Source of the DNA: a virus
Length of the DNA: 64,000 nt
Direction: 5' to 3' (one strand)
Virus record (IMG/VR): IMGVR_UViG_3300045256_000188
Span: 1 to 64,000 of that record
Positions within the stretch are counted from its first letter, which is position 1. Each line of letters begins with the position of its first letter. Below are positions 34,401 through 43,400 of this stretch, in pieces. The position numbers and the translations under genes were made by a program. The notes beneath the pieces were generated by a model that was not told the origin of the DNA, searched no databases, and saw only the letters and a list, made by a program, of their open reading frames with translations.

Positions 34401-37134
34401 AAGAGGACAAGCGATCCGTTAGACCAAATTCGTTAGCCAGCTCACGAACCAAAGCCAATCGTACCACTCCAGACCGGCGGATTCTATGGAGATTCCACTT
34501 GCGAGCATCTGGGCATTGACGGAATGTCCCACCAGCAATCAATTTCTTGAGAACGGCAGTGGCGAACTCATAGACAAGCACTGGATGATCTATCTCGGCG
34601 AATTCGTTGGAGCCGCAAAAAGCGTCGAGGGCAGCCTGCTTCCTGTCCGTGATAAAACCAATCAAGTCCCGATATTTTAGTTTGCTCGCAGCGTCCCAAA
34701 TATCGACTCGCCAATATGGCTCACCGCCATAACGCTGCTCGTTTCGGTCCGGAACTTTAGCCGGCTCGACCAGGCAACGGCGGCTGATGATACCCAGAGC
34801 ATGTAACGCGATCTGGACTTGTTCAGCCAGCAACTCCGATGTGGTGGACAACCCAAGCTTCAGGCCGGTTGACGACTGATAACACCAGCCGTCCGAATCA
34901 AACAACCCCCGCAAGAACGCACAGAGAACCTTGGTGTCCGACTTGAGGATCATTTGGGGGATTTGTGCATTCTGCGGCTTACTCTTACTGGCCAGCCCAT
35001 TACGGACTAGCAGCTCACAAAATTCAGCCGAGTTCAGACGTAGATTCTCAGTGTCGAACTCCGTCTCAGCATACGCTGTGGTCGTGAGGCCCAAAGGCAG
35101 ACCGTTGAATTTGGCTATAACAGCGTCCCTGGTGGCCGCATCTTGGGGGTCGAAAACAATCTTGAAACGCTTGGGCCTGGAGCGACTGAGGCTTCCGTCA
35201 CCGATATAAAGACCTAAGATCTCGGCGAGATCCGGAGATAACTCGATGCCATTATCGAGGTATTGACGTTTGCCGACGAACTGACCTGGGAGACTAACAA
35301 GGATATCTCCTGGGCTGATATCACCTAGTTCTCTCCAGACGTAGTTCCCAACTTCATCGATAACCCGTAAACGGTGGTGGTGCGTGCCTTCGATCTGGAA
35401 TCCAAGCGACGTATCAACGATCGTGGTGGGTTTACGTCCGGAGACGTAAGCCTTATCACTATACTGATAGCCATTGTCGGTCGCGACACTGATGCTATGA
35501 TCTTTCCACGGATCTCCACCTCGTGCCAGGTCGCCTACCTTAACCAACCCCTCTGCCGTCTGGATGAGTGTATTATACCTAGTGCAAGGCCAACCACCAG
35601 CCCACATGATATCCATAGACGGGATGAACGCCGCTTCGTCAATGATGTTCAGCGAGGAGGCGTTCGACCGGAGGACGTCGGGGTGGCTGGTGAGGCTCTT
35701 GATCTTAGAGCCGTTCGGGAAGAATAGCTCGTGCTCGTTGTTCTTGACCGGCTTCCACAACTCTTGCATCCAGGGCGGCAGGTGCTCGAATAGGAAGACG
35801 ATCTGTTCACGCAAGAAGTTCATCGCGTCATTGTCGGTACGGGACACGATAAGAATCGTCTTGTGTGGATGGAACATCGCAAACCAGAGTGCGAATGCCC
35901 CAGCGATCTTCGAGATGCCAGCCTGACGGCAATTATGTGCGACGACACCATCAACAATGAAGTTGTATTTGTCAACCTCAAGATCGTAGACCAACGCCTT
36001 CCCGGCCGGCTTCACGGACTTGACCTGCCCCTTGACCCGCTTTCGGAAGAAGCCTTTGGTCGTAGGAGTGTATCGCGGTTCCTTGCCGTATATCCCGATC
36101 TGGTCTACGAAGCGGCTGAAGTTGTCAGTTCCGAAGATCCGCAGTTTGGCCAATGAATTATCAGTGGCCGGATAAAATTTAGCGTCGATCCCGAACCGGC
36201 TCAACAGCTGCTTGACTTGATGTAGCAGCAAGGCCGACTCCGACCTCAGCCCCACCTCATTGCAGTGCTTACCGCTGTACCAACCGCCCCCAGCGAAGAT
36301 GCGATTCAGAAGCACGGCCAGCGAAGCATTATTCCAGCTGAAGACACATTCCGGGAGCCGTTTGTTCTCGGCCTTGTGGCCCCACATCCCGATCGATTTG
36401 AGCCACTTGCGGGCCGCCGTATCGGAAGAAAGCACGCGATACAAGTCTTTCTTACTCTTCCCACTTCCGGCTTTGTTGTGCAGTTTGATGCGTAGGCGTT
36501 TGGCGAACCTTTTCTGAAAGTGCCGCTGATATTCAAGCAAGTATTTCCGACAGGTATTGGTGAAATGGAACTGATGGCCGCTACCGGAGCCGCTGTAACA
36601 GCCATCGGTCACCAGATAACCAATTATGATAGCTTCTGACTCGTCGGCGTCCAGATACCGCTGCGGTTCGTGAACCTCGACCAGGACGTCGTTGGGGGTG
36701 AAGTCCTTGGCTTCCATCCAGCGACGGCGTGTCAGAAACGAATGATCAGGAGTGCAATCGGAACGGTGGCCAGTCTTGGTCCGCACCGTGACGATGTCCC
36801 TCTCACCATTACACCAGGCCGCTGTGACCTTACCGATCACTACGGCACCGGTGCGTTGGTCGTACGAATAGACCTCATCCCCCTTCTTGACAGCCTCGAT
36901 CGGCTTGGGGCCGGTAGGCGTCCAGACCATCGATCCGGCCGCGAAACACTTGCGGAAAATGTTCAGGCGGTGCTTGCGGAACGACTTAATGGCCTTTAGC
37001 TGGTACTTGAACGGGAAGAAGGGAATGATACCCGCGGACGGGTGCTTCACCTTCCCCAGGTTACGCAAGAACCACGCCATCGACAATTGGCAACGACGGA
37101 TCACCTCACGTTGTTGTGCGTTGACCACTACCAT
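31462..37134 (-). CDS. Terminase large subunit, T4 gp17-like, with three inteins
   Basis: FKYQ adenine motif, K|CRQAGIS Walker A, IIDEAAF Walker B, IST|TNG, GVDIATG..DYSA, ERNN.G, DDLVMA. Confidence 0.92.
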   Translation of the reverse strand: MVVVNAQQREVIRRCQLSMAWFLRNLGKVKHPSAGIIPFFPFKYQLKAIKSFRKHRLNIFRKCFAAGSMVWTPTGPKPIEAVKKGDEVYSYDQRTGAVVIGKVTAAWCNGERDIVTVRTKTGHRSDCTPDHSFLTRRRWMEAKDFTPNDVLVEVHEPQRYLDADESEAIIIGYLVTDGCYSGSGSGHQFHFTNTCRKYLLEYQRHFQKRFAKRLRIKLHNKAGSGKSKKDLYRVLSSDTAARKWLKSIGMWGHKAENKRLPECVFSWNNASLAVLLNRIFAGGGWYSGKHCNEVGLRSESALLLHQVKQLLSRFGIDAKFYPATDNSLAKLRIFGTDNFSRFVDQIGIYGKEPRYTPTTKGFFRKRVKGQVKSVKPAGKALVYDLEVDKYNFIVDGVVAHNCRQAGISKIAGAFALWFAMFHPHKTILIVSRTDNDAMNFLREQIVFLFEHLPPWMQELWKPVKNNEHELFFPNGSKIKSLTSHPDVLRSNASSLNIIDEAAFIPSMDIMWAGGWPCTRYNTLIQTAEGLVKVGDLARGGDPWKDHSISVATDNGYQYSDKAYVSGRKPTTIVDTSLGFQIEGTHHHRLRVIDEVGNYVWRELGDISPGDILVSLPGQFVGKRQYLDNGIELSPDLAEILGLYIGDGSLSRSRPKRFKIVFDPQDAATRDAVIAKFNGLPLGLTTTAYAETEFDTENLRLNSAEFCELLVRNGLASKSKPQNAQIPQMILKSDTKVLCAFLRGLFDSDGWCYQSSTGLKLGLSTTSELLAEQVQIALHALGIISRRCLVEPAKVPDRNEQRYGGEPYWRVDIWDAASKLKYRDLIGFITDRKQAALDAFCGSNEFAEIDHPVLVYEFATAVLKKLIAGGTFRQCPDARKWNLHRIRRSGVVRLALVRELANEFGLTDRLSSYIQRGFFFDTVAAVKSGETETFDISVPHNNTYLANGMVSHNTLQHGGNVIVISTCVAGDSLVWTNKGMCRIGDFDGDYVGEEGGYEYKLYVGPAVFGRRGLQQPSAFYKRRAEETRRITSKMGYELEAHTKHRVWLCREGEMAGWTYADQIRPGDFIPIKRGMMQFGDDDDLNFSDGPGTHASSSFNVGKIDDELAAMVGLIVAEGYINDDYVTVTSDDRETHDWLTSNRWGLVWMPESRSAHISCYNRCFVRFLRWLGCVPGTAPDKEIPRRLWSCSKGIIAAFLRGLYDGDGHSRSRNGEVGYTSTSRQLIKQVRAILLNFGIITREEYHPAHTKTFDLNGRSYMSDCRESWQLIVPSGEIDKFYDLIGFGLDRKTANSNKTLSRREFVPNVRFWLARLRQESGLSIGELKRRGINTPNLLFKKRAKDLTERSVLRKLVDVLAPDHNTYLSFKALQSLTDESIFWDEVKNVDVSSAETYDFTIPGDHTFISNGFVSHNTNGVGNWYWSTVTDAEAGVNQFNPCIINWWDMDWAIEYVDPLSKENRRIAPCDGILEAKGQIIQHPKHGPIRLDPVKYGQWWSPWLEDQYRALQEQGEAWKFEQEVLAQFVGSGNTVLSKEVLAHVQTTLKEPKYKVEGLQVYVHPVTGSTEELDFSFRDPNEGLWVWEKPVLATPMKKRGNTIIDPGTPAHSYVMGVDIATGKGRDYSAIEVFDVITRQQVAEFMAHCLPREFVKFIDRIGRWYNCALAVIERNNGGDTLIDMLRHDIMYPRIWRKKDINDKPRPMWSGQRARPLKVAPYGFLTTTASKPTLNKFLIDCIRDNEEDGYTVFSKRLLKQFQTYVRKRDRSGKDTMKTEAEDGAGNFDDLVMACGMALVGAADAYIIDAGNLVPMGPNGGDFKSQTGPKILSDTSRVDLQETFAARGGPGLLMPMTLAPTELPETSAQRQLDAYTLSLGSIPISQGKPLVTPKRFFYDKD
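32902..34239 (-). mobile_element. Terminase intein 3 (LAGLIDADG)
   Basis: T|CVAGDS..VGLIVAEG..LRGLYDGDG..TYDFTI..VSHN|T. Confidence 0.9.
34279..35586 (-). mobile_element. Terminase intein 2 (LAGLIDADG)
   Basis: P|CTRYNT..LGLYIGDG..LRGLFDSDG..TFDISV..VSHN|T. Confidence 0.9.
35932..36948 (-). mobile_element. Terminase intein 1 (LAGLIDADG, in Walker A)
   Basis: K|CFAAGS..TPDH..VYDLEV..VAHN|C. Confidence 0.9.
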
Positions 37135-37847
37135 TAGTATTCATCATCCCCACTGGATTCCAACGGATTGTTGTTGAGAAGATCCACCAGCGACTTATCA
37201 GCTTGGGCAGAGACGTTAGTATTCTGGATCAAGTTGTTGTTCTGAACCTGAACGCCAGCTTTGGTTGCCGCCAACAACTTAGCCTTAGCTTCGAGGGCCT
37301 TGATAGCTGTCAAGTTTACCGTCGCTTTGATCTCCAGTGCTTTGGTGAGGTTATCTACCCACATCCGTGATGGGTTCTGCCCAGCATTTATTGCTTTCTG
37401 AATTTCACCACGACACAAATTGATGGCGTCCTGCGTTTCTTGACGATCATGTCTAGTGCCCTGGACCACTTCTTCGGCGATTGCATCAAACTGCTCAAAT
37501 TGCTTGCGAATGTCCACCACCGGTTCCGGCGGCGGAGGTGGTGGAGTTGACTCCTCGGCGGTCACCAGCTGAGGGAGGATATCGAGGCGACGGACCTCGG
37601 AAGTCTGGGGCGGAGTAGCTGGGGGTTCGTCGAGCTTGTCGGCAGCGGGGTTCGGGGCCATCTCGATAGGCGGGGAGGCATCACCATCTACGCCGGGGAC
37701 CTCGGCCACCATACGGCCGGTCAAGTACTCGTCTGTTTCGTCCAGTTCACCTAGCAAGCCCTTCATCTCGTCGTCGAGGTCATCGACGTCTTGCGGCGGA
37801 CCCTCGGTATCAAACTGGTCGTCAGGGTCGATGGGAATATCTGGCAT
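37134..37847 (-). CDS. Hypothetical protein, possible terminase small subunit
   Basis: Stop/start-coupled directly upstream of the large terminase; acidic N-terminus, helical core, QNNN-rich tail. Confidence 0.5.
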   Translation of the reverse strand: MPDIPIDPDDQFDTEGPPQDVDDLDDEMKGLLGELDETDEYLTGRMVAEVPGVDGDASPPIEMAPNPAADKLDEPPATPPQTSEVRRLDILPQLVTAEESTPPPPPPEPVVDIRKQFEQFDAIAEEVVQGTRHDRQETQDAINLCRGEIQKAINAGQNPSRMWVDNLTKALEIKATVNLTAIKALEAKAKLLAATKAGVQVQNNNLIQNTNVSAQADKSLVDLLNNNPLESSGDDEY

Positions 37848-37848
37848 A

Positions 37849-38448
37849 TTAGCCCAGCTTTTGAGTGAGAGCGTACAACCAGTCTCGGTCTACACCCGGC
37901 CGGCTCATCAACTTACCAGCCAAGGTTTTCACGTACAGCCTGTTGGGGACTTCGGCCATAACCTCAGGTGTGAGGGGTTGGCCGATATGCTCGGCCAGGA
38001 ACTTCAGAGCGGGCTGGAACTTCTCCGGCACCTTAGCCTCCTTAAGGGAGGCTGCCATTGTCTTCTCCTGGGTCCGGGCGGAGTGGGCGTGAGCGATACG
38101 GGCCCGGCCATGCGACTGCTGGTTGACCGGTTGCCGCTTGGGTTGGACGCGAGCCGCCATTGTCAGCGTCTTGAGGGGATCAGTCTCGTTGTCGATGTGA
38201 CTGTCGGTCGGGTTGGTGATTGTCCGACGACGTACACGATCCCGGATAGCTTCAGGGGTGCTCTCGCCGATCATAGTCCTAGAGATCAGCTTATTGAAGT
38301 CTTCGCATGTAACCGAGCCAGAGTCGATCCGTTCGATTACCGACTCCAGGGCAGCGTCAAGTTCCCGCTTCTTTGGCTGGATCATATCCTCTACCCCATA
38401 TGGTTTGCCCGGACTATGTATCTTTACGGGCCGCAGGAATCCTGCCAT
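37849..38448 (-). CDS. Hypothetical protein
   Basis: Co-oriented ORF abutting the next gene; start uncertain (38448 or 38493). Confidence 0.55.
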   Translation of the reverse strand: MAGFLRPVKIHSPGKPYGVEDMIQPKKRELDAALESVIERIDSGSVTCEDFNKLISRTMIGESTPEAIRDRVRRRTITNPTDSHIDNETDPLKTLTMAARVQPKRQPVNQQSHGRARIAHAHSARTQEKTMAASLKEAKVPEKFQPALKFLAEHIGQPLTPEVMAEVPNRLYVKTLAGKLMSRPGVDRDWLYALTQKLG

Positions 38449-38511
38449 ATCTTTGGTAAAGACAACAACGTCCGTATTAGAGCCAGTAACCAACCATCCG
38501 CGAGGCCCTAA

Positions 38512-39105
38512 ATGCTACGTCGCCAGGAGCGTAAGCTCAAAATCAAAGTAACCGACAGTCTCCGCATCCGCATGCTCGACGTCGCCCGGCAGTTCGACAT
38601 CAACAAGGGTGGCCACTACGACGGCTCCGGCGGGATGGTCGTTAACGTCTGGTGTGCCCCAGACGACAAGCCGGTCTGCTGGGACGTGCCCATCAACCAG
38701 GGCGGACTAGACTATCCGCGGGAGTTCGTCGGCACCATCCGCTTCGAGCTACTGACAGACGACACCTACCAACTCGAACTGGAAGCGCTCCCTTACGAAC
38801 TGTACCGAGAACGGGAACGGCCCCGCAAGCCCTCGGAAGCCGAACTGGGCCAGTGCCTCAACTGGATCGAGGTCAAGGCTCAGGAACTACTACGGCTGGC
38901 TGACCTGCACCCGGACATCGTGGGCCTTAAATGCCCCTTCTGCAACTACATCCACCCAACGGGCGAGCTACTCAACGACATGCTCACCCACATCCAGGAT
39001 GTCCACGGTACGTCTATCCTGGGCCTGACCCTAAGTGACCCGCCCTATATCACCGTGGACGGCGGAGCCAAACACAACCTCGAACCTGCTGAGCAGTTCG
39101 TATGA
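38512..39105 (+). CDS. Hypothetical protein with C2H2-type zinc finger
   Basis: CPFC..x12..HIQDVH. Confidence 0.6.
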   Translation: MLRRQERKLKIKVTDSLRIRMLDVARQFDINKGGHYDGSGGMVVNVWCAPDDKPVCWDVPINQGGLDYPREFVGTIRFELLTDDTYQLELEALPYELYRERERPRKPSEAELGQCLNWIEVKAQELLRLADLHPDIVGLKCPFCNYIHPTGELLNDMLTHIQDVHGTSILGLTLSDPPYITVDGGAKHNLEPAEQFV

Positions 39106-39485
39106 TTCAGCGGGAGCGTGCCTGGGGATTGGACGACGGTGGCCTACTGGCGGTGCTGGCTAACGACCTGCACTTGAAAGTATCCTACGGGGTGTTCCAG
39201 TCCAAGCAGTACGTCTTGAGCCGGCTAAACTTAGCCGGCAAGATACTCTACTGCTCCTGTCGTATCAGCACAGAAGGCACCGACGTGATGTTGACCGGTT
39301 CGAACGGTCAGGAAATGGTTGTCAACATCGCCGACCCCAACAGCATCGAGAAGTTGGAGAAAGCCATCAAGGACGACAACTTCATGCTGGTTGCCGGTCC
39401 TAAGACCGAGCAAAAAATCATCGAGATGGAGCGAGATGTGTTCGGCCTAGAAGATTTACTCTTCAAGATGAAGAGTACGATCTAG
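39102..39485 (+). CDS. Hypothetical protein
   Basis: ATGA-coupled to the previous gene. Confidence 0.6.
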   Translation: MIQRERAWGLDDGGLLAVLANDLHLKVSYGVFQSKQYVLSRLNLAGKILYCSCRISTEGTDVMLTGSNGQEMVVNIADPNSIEKLEKAIKDDNFMLVAGPKTEQKIIEMERDVFGLEDLLFKMKSTI

Positions 39486-40474
39486 GACTCGTCCTCGTTG
39501 TCGTCCGCGCTACGTCGCCATCCGGCCCGCTGCCCATCAGCACCACGGTTCAGATTCGAGTCAGTCAGTTCCATACTCCGCAATTTCGTCAACTGGATGA
39601 AGTTGGTGACCGTAGCCCGGGATAGCCCGGTGCGGTCTACCAGCTTACCAATGATCCCATCGTGCGGCCGGTCGTCGTTCTCGGCAATCCAGGCGATTGC
39701 TTCGATGATCTGCAGGTGATCGTTGTGGTACTTCCACAATTCGCGGGCTTCGTTGAGGAACCTCTCCATCACCCCCGACACCGGCCGGCTCTTGGTCCCA
39801 AGGTGGTTAACGTAAGAGCCGGAGTTCTTGCGGTCCCGGCCCTCTTTCTTGATATAGGCCAAGATTACCGTTCGGGCGATCTGGCTCCACATGTTGAAGA
39901 CTTTGGATATGCCGCGGAACAGTACCGTCTCAGAACCACCATATCTGCCCTGCTTGGGCTCGACGCCCGGTGATGCATTCAGGAGGGCTTGGCAATGTGG
40001 GCAGCGACGGCCGCGGTGGAGACTGATAACCTCCTCAATCGTCTTGATACCATACTCCTTGTCGCCCGGTTGGTAGAGCAGGGAGTCGGAGGGGCGTTCT
40101 GGGTTGAAGCAAACCCGACAGTGTGGGCGTGCTCGATACTTGTAGAGGGTCCGCTCGATTTGAACCCAGGCAGTCTGGAGAAGGTCACCGAAAGCGGACT
40201 CTTCTTGGCCTGGGTAGATGGTGTGGAGGCCCTGCTTGCGGATTATTTGGCGGATGAGTTCGGTGGCGTGACTCATGATCTGGTCACGCAGAACTACCTT
40301 CGTGCAACCCGTCCAAATGTATAGCGTTAGCTGCCATTCGACTTCTTCATTAATGAAATACAATTTACGTTGCGGCGTCACCACCGGTGGCGGGCACGGG
40401 GGGACTTGGCTGCTTGGAGGCTGGGACAAGCAGCTTTCGTCGGATTTTGAATCTACTTTTAACGAGTTCTGCAC
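39482..40474 (-). CDS. Late sigma factor-like protein (T4 gp55-like) with zinc-ribbon insert
   Basis: LYFINEEVE; FNMWSQIARTVILAYIKKE resembles gp55 F.YFTQ....AF...IKKE; CRVC..CPHC insert; C-terminal HTH TGLSRATVTNF. Confidence 0.55.
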   Translation of the reverse strand: MQNSLKVDSKSDESCLSQPPSSQVPPCPPPVVTPQRKLYFINEEVEWQLTLYIWTGCTKVVLRDQIMSHATELIRQIIRKQGLHTIYPGQEESAFGDLLQTAWVQIERTLYKYRARPHCRVCFNPERPSDSLLYQPGDKEYGIKTIEEVISLHRGRRCPHCQALLNASPGVEPKQGRYGGSETVLFRGISKVFNMWSQIARTVILAYIKKEGRDRKNSGSYVNHLGTKSRPVSGVMERFLNEARELWKYHNDHLQIIEAIAWIAENDDRPHDGIIGKLVDRTGLSRATVTNFIQLTKLRSMELTDSNLNRGADGQRAGWRRSADDNEDES

Positions 40475-43400
40475 CGTCCACGCTCCCGCCAGGAAATACG
40501 ACCTTGGTAGGGTAGCCGGCTTGGACTATCACCTTGAGCCGGGCCTTCGAGTGATCGTATAGGTACCGGTTGCAGCGGAAGAAGAAGTCGTAAATCTTGC
40601 TTTCGCCGCGACGGTTCCGCCGAAGGGCACGGCCGATCTTTTGAATGAACTCCGATTGGAGCTTACCCCCCGACGCGATTATCAGGTTCTCGCAACCTCC
40701 CTGCAGGTCAAGACCCCGGTTAATAATCTTCCCGCCGATAAGTACATCCAGTTCCCGCCGTTCGAACGCACGCAATGCCTCATCACGTTTACGCTGCGGC
40801 GTCTTCCCGAAGATGAACTTCACCCTGAGTCCGGTCAGATTCACAGCCTCTTCCAACTTGAAACCCAACGCCTCCCGGTCCACCAGCACTAGTGTCCCAT
40901 CCATCGGGTCCCGTTTACACCGCTTGCACAACTTCGCCACGATCGTGTGGAAGCGGACACTCTCAGTAATGTGCTCGTTGTAGGCGATGTCGTAAGCCGA
41001 CGCCTCGTTGATATCCCCATCCAGCCCGCAGGCCAACATGTGGTATTCGCAAGGAATGATCCGGCCCAGCTTCGTCAGGTTCTCCCGCGTCTCCTGGAAA
41101 ATCACACTGCCCAAGTGCTCCTGCACCACCATCGCCTCGACCGGCTTGGCCGGATCGAACGGAGTACCAGAGTTGTGAACCAGCACACCATCAGCATAGA
41201 AGTTTGAGGCCGGATTGACGTCCAGAACGTCATACATTCTGACCTCTTTGCCGGTATCGACGACTTCAATCACCGACGTTTTAGCTTTTCGACAGAGATA
41301 AACGGGAACACCTTTCCATGAGGACAAGCTGTGATCGTCAAAAGAGAACGGGATAAAAGCCGCATTGGGTATCACTACGTCATCACCGTTCGATGCGACG
41401 ACTGTCCTGCAGTATACCAGTGCCCGGTGGACCGCCCAACCTATCAGATCCGGACTTTTGGTAGGCATCTGTGTCCGCAGTGCATCCAGAAATTGCCACA
41501 CATCGTTGAGAGAAGAAGACGGGCTATGGAGGCCACAAAAGAAAAGATGTTGCGAGATCACGGCGTGGAAAACTGGTTTTCCGTCGCAGAGCACCAGAAA
41601 ACCGCGAAGTCCACTAGGCAACGGCTGTACGGCAGTGAGTCGTTCAACAATCAAAAACGGCGTAGGGAGACCTGCCTCGGCAGATACGGCGTTGACCACC
41701 CGATGAAACTGAAGGGCATGGTCCAGAGAGTCCAAAACACTATGATGGAGCGTTACGGCTGTCCCATCATCTTCCAAGCACCCGATAAGATCCAACGACG
41801 ATTGAAGATATTCAAGCAGCGTTTCGGCGGCAACCCCGTCAACGACCCTTCCGTTCGACAGAAAATTAGCCGCACTCTCGCTGAAGGATACAGCAGTGGC
41901 AGACTCAAATTCCCGACCAAATTCAAGACCGGATACTACCTCGACCGGCATGGGCGGTTGTTGTATTACGCCTCGTCTTATGAACTCCTGTTTCTCCAGT
42001 TCCTCGACGGGCACGGCATTGCGTTCACCACGCAAGAACCCAGAATCGGCTATGAATTCGAGGGGAGACGCCAATACGTGATCGATTTCTGTACCGACGA
42101 GTGCTTGATCGAGGTAGGACCGCGTAAACTCAAGGCCCGGCCACGCAATGTGGCCAAGATCCACGCCGGGGTCGCTTTTGCCCAGAAAGTCGGTAAGCGA
42201 TATAAGCTTCTCGACGAGACGATCATCTTGAGTCTGGATAATTTGACCTGGGCTGATATCTTGAACTCTGATGTAGCGTCCCAGATCGTCAGCGATAAGG
42301 TGATCACCTGACGCCCCTAGCCGCGTACCGTCGCTGAATAAGACCTCCCATAACCTCTTAAAGCCGCTGTCAACAACTGTCCCGACCCCAAAAACATCCC
42401 TACCATTCGATCGGCACAGGACGTCAACCACCTGACCGTCGCCGAACGAACTCAACTTTCTACATCCATCTTTAGTGACCACAGACACATCGCCTGGCAA
42501 GCAGAACCCATACCGCCGCCGGCCTCTGAAATAGAAGCGGAACAGGTTCTTCCACGGATCGGACACAGCCTTGTCGCAATTATGAACTAACAAGCCGTTC
42601 GCTTCAAAACAAGCTGGACCGGGGACAGTCAAATCAATCAAGCGTGCGGGATCAGCCAACTCGACGGTTTTAACTATTTCAACCGCATAATCACAGAGAC
42701 TGGTGTCCACTCGTTTAGAAGCAAGGCGATTTTGCAAATTCCGCACATAACCACGCCATAGATCATCACCTCGCTGGCGACGATCCCACGCCGTCTTGCT
42801 GTCTATGCCAGCGAACGCCGCCACTTTGGCGTCACTAACACCGAATAAATTTTTGGCAGCAGCATAATTGGCCGGTACCACCGCGATCAAATTGTCAATT
42901 GATTTTTGCCATTTAACCAACCTTATAAGACTAATTTTGTTACGATTGCCAGGAGACACACCGGTAGTGTTGGTCCCTAGGATTCTAGCCAGTTTGACTG
43001 GGGGCAGACCAGCTTCCCGCCAGTGAGCCAACCATGGTTGCGGATCAATTCGTCGTTCACTGTCCACAACCGAAGAGAGCACGGGTTTGCTCTGTTTTCG
43101 GCTGAAACCAAAACCAACCAGTCGATGCCACTTCCTAAAATTTTCGCCAGATACGGCAACCCGCCACAGTTTAGCGTGTTGTGCACGATCACGCTTATTA
43201 CTAATGAACACACTAGAGCCAATTCCTAAATAAGCCATGAGTTTCTGAGCGAAATTCATCAATGCCCAATCGATTGAGTCACAAGTCACGGAGCTTGGAT
43301 AAGACGACCCTTTTGCATCAAATAATCCACGCAATAAGCTAGCCGCAGCGTCGGTGCTGGGAACCACAAATCGTGGATCGATCGACCCCATCTTACGTCC

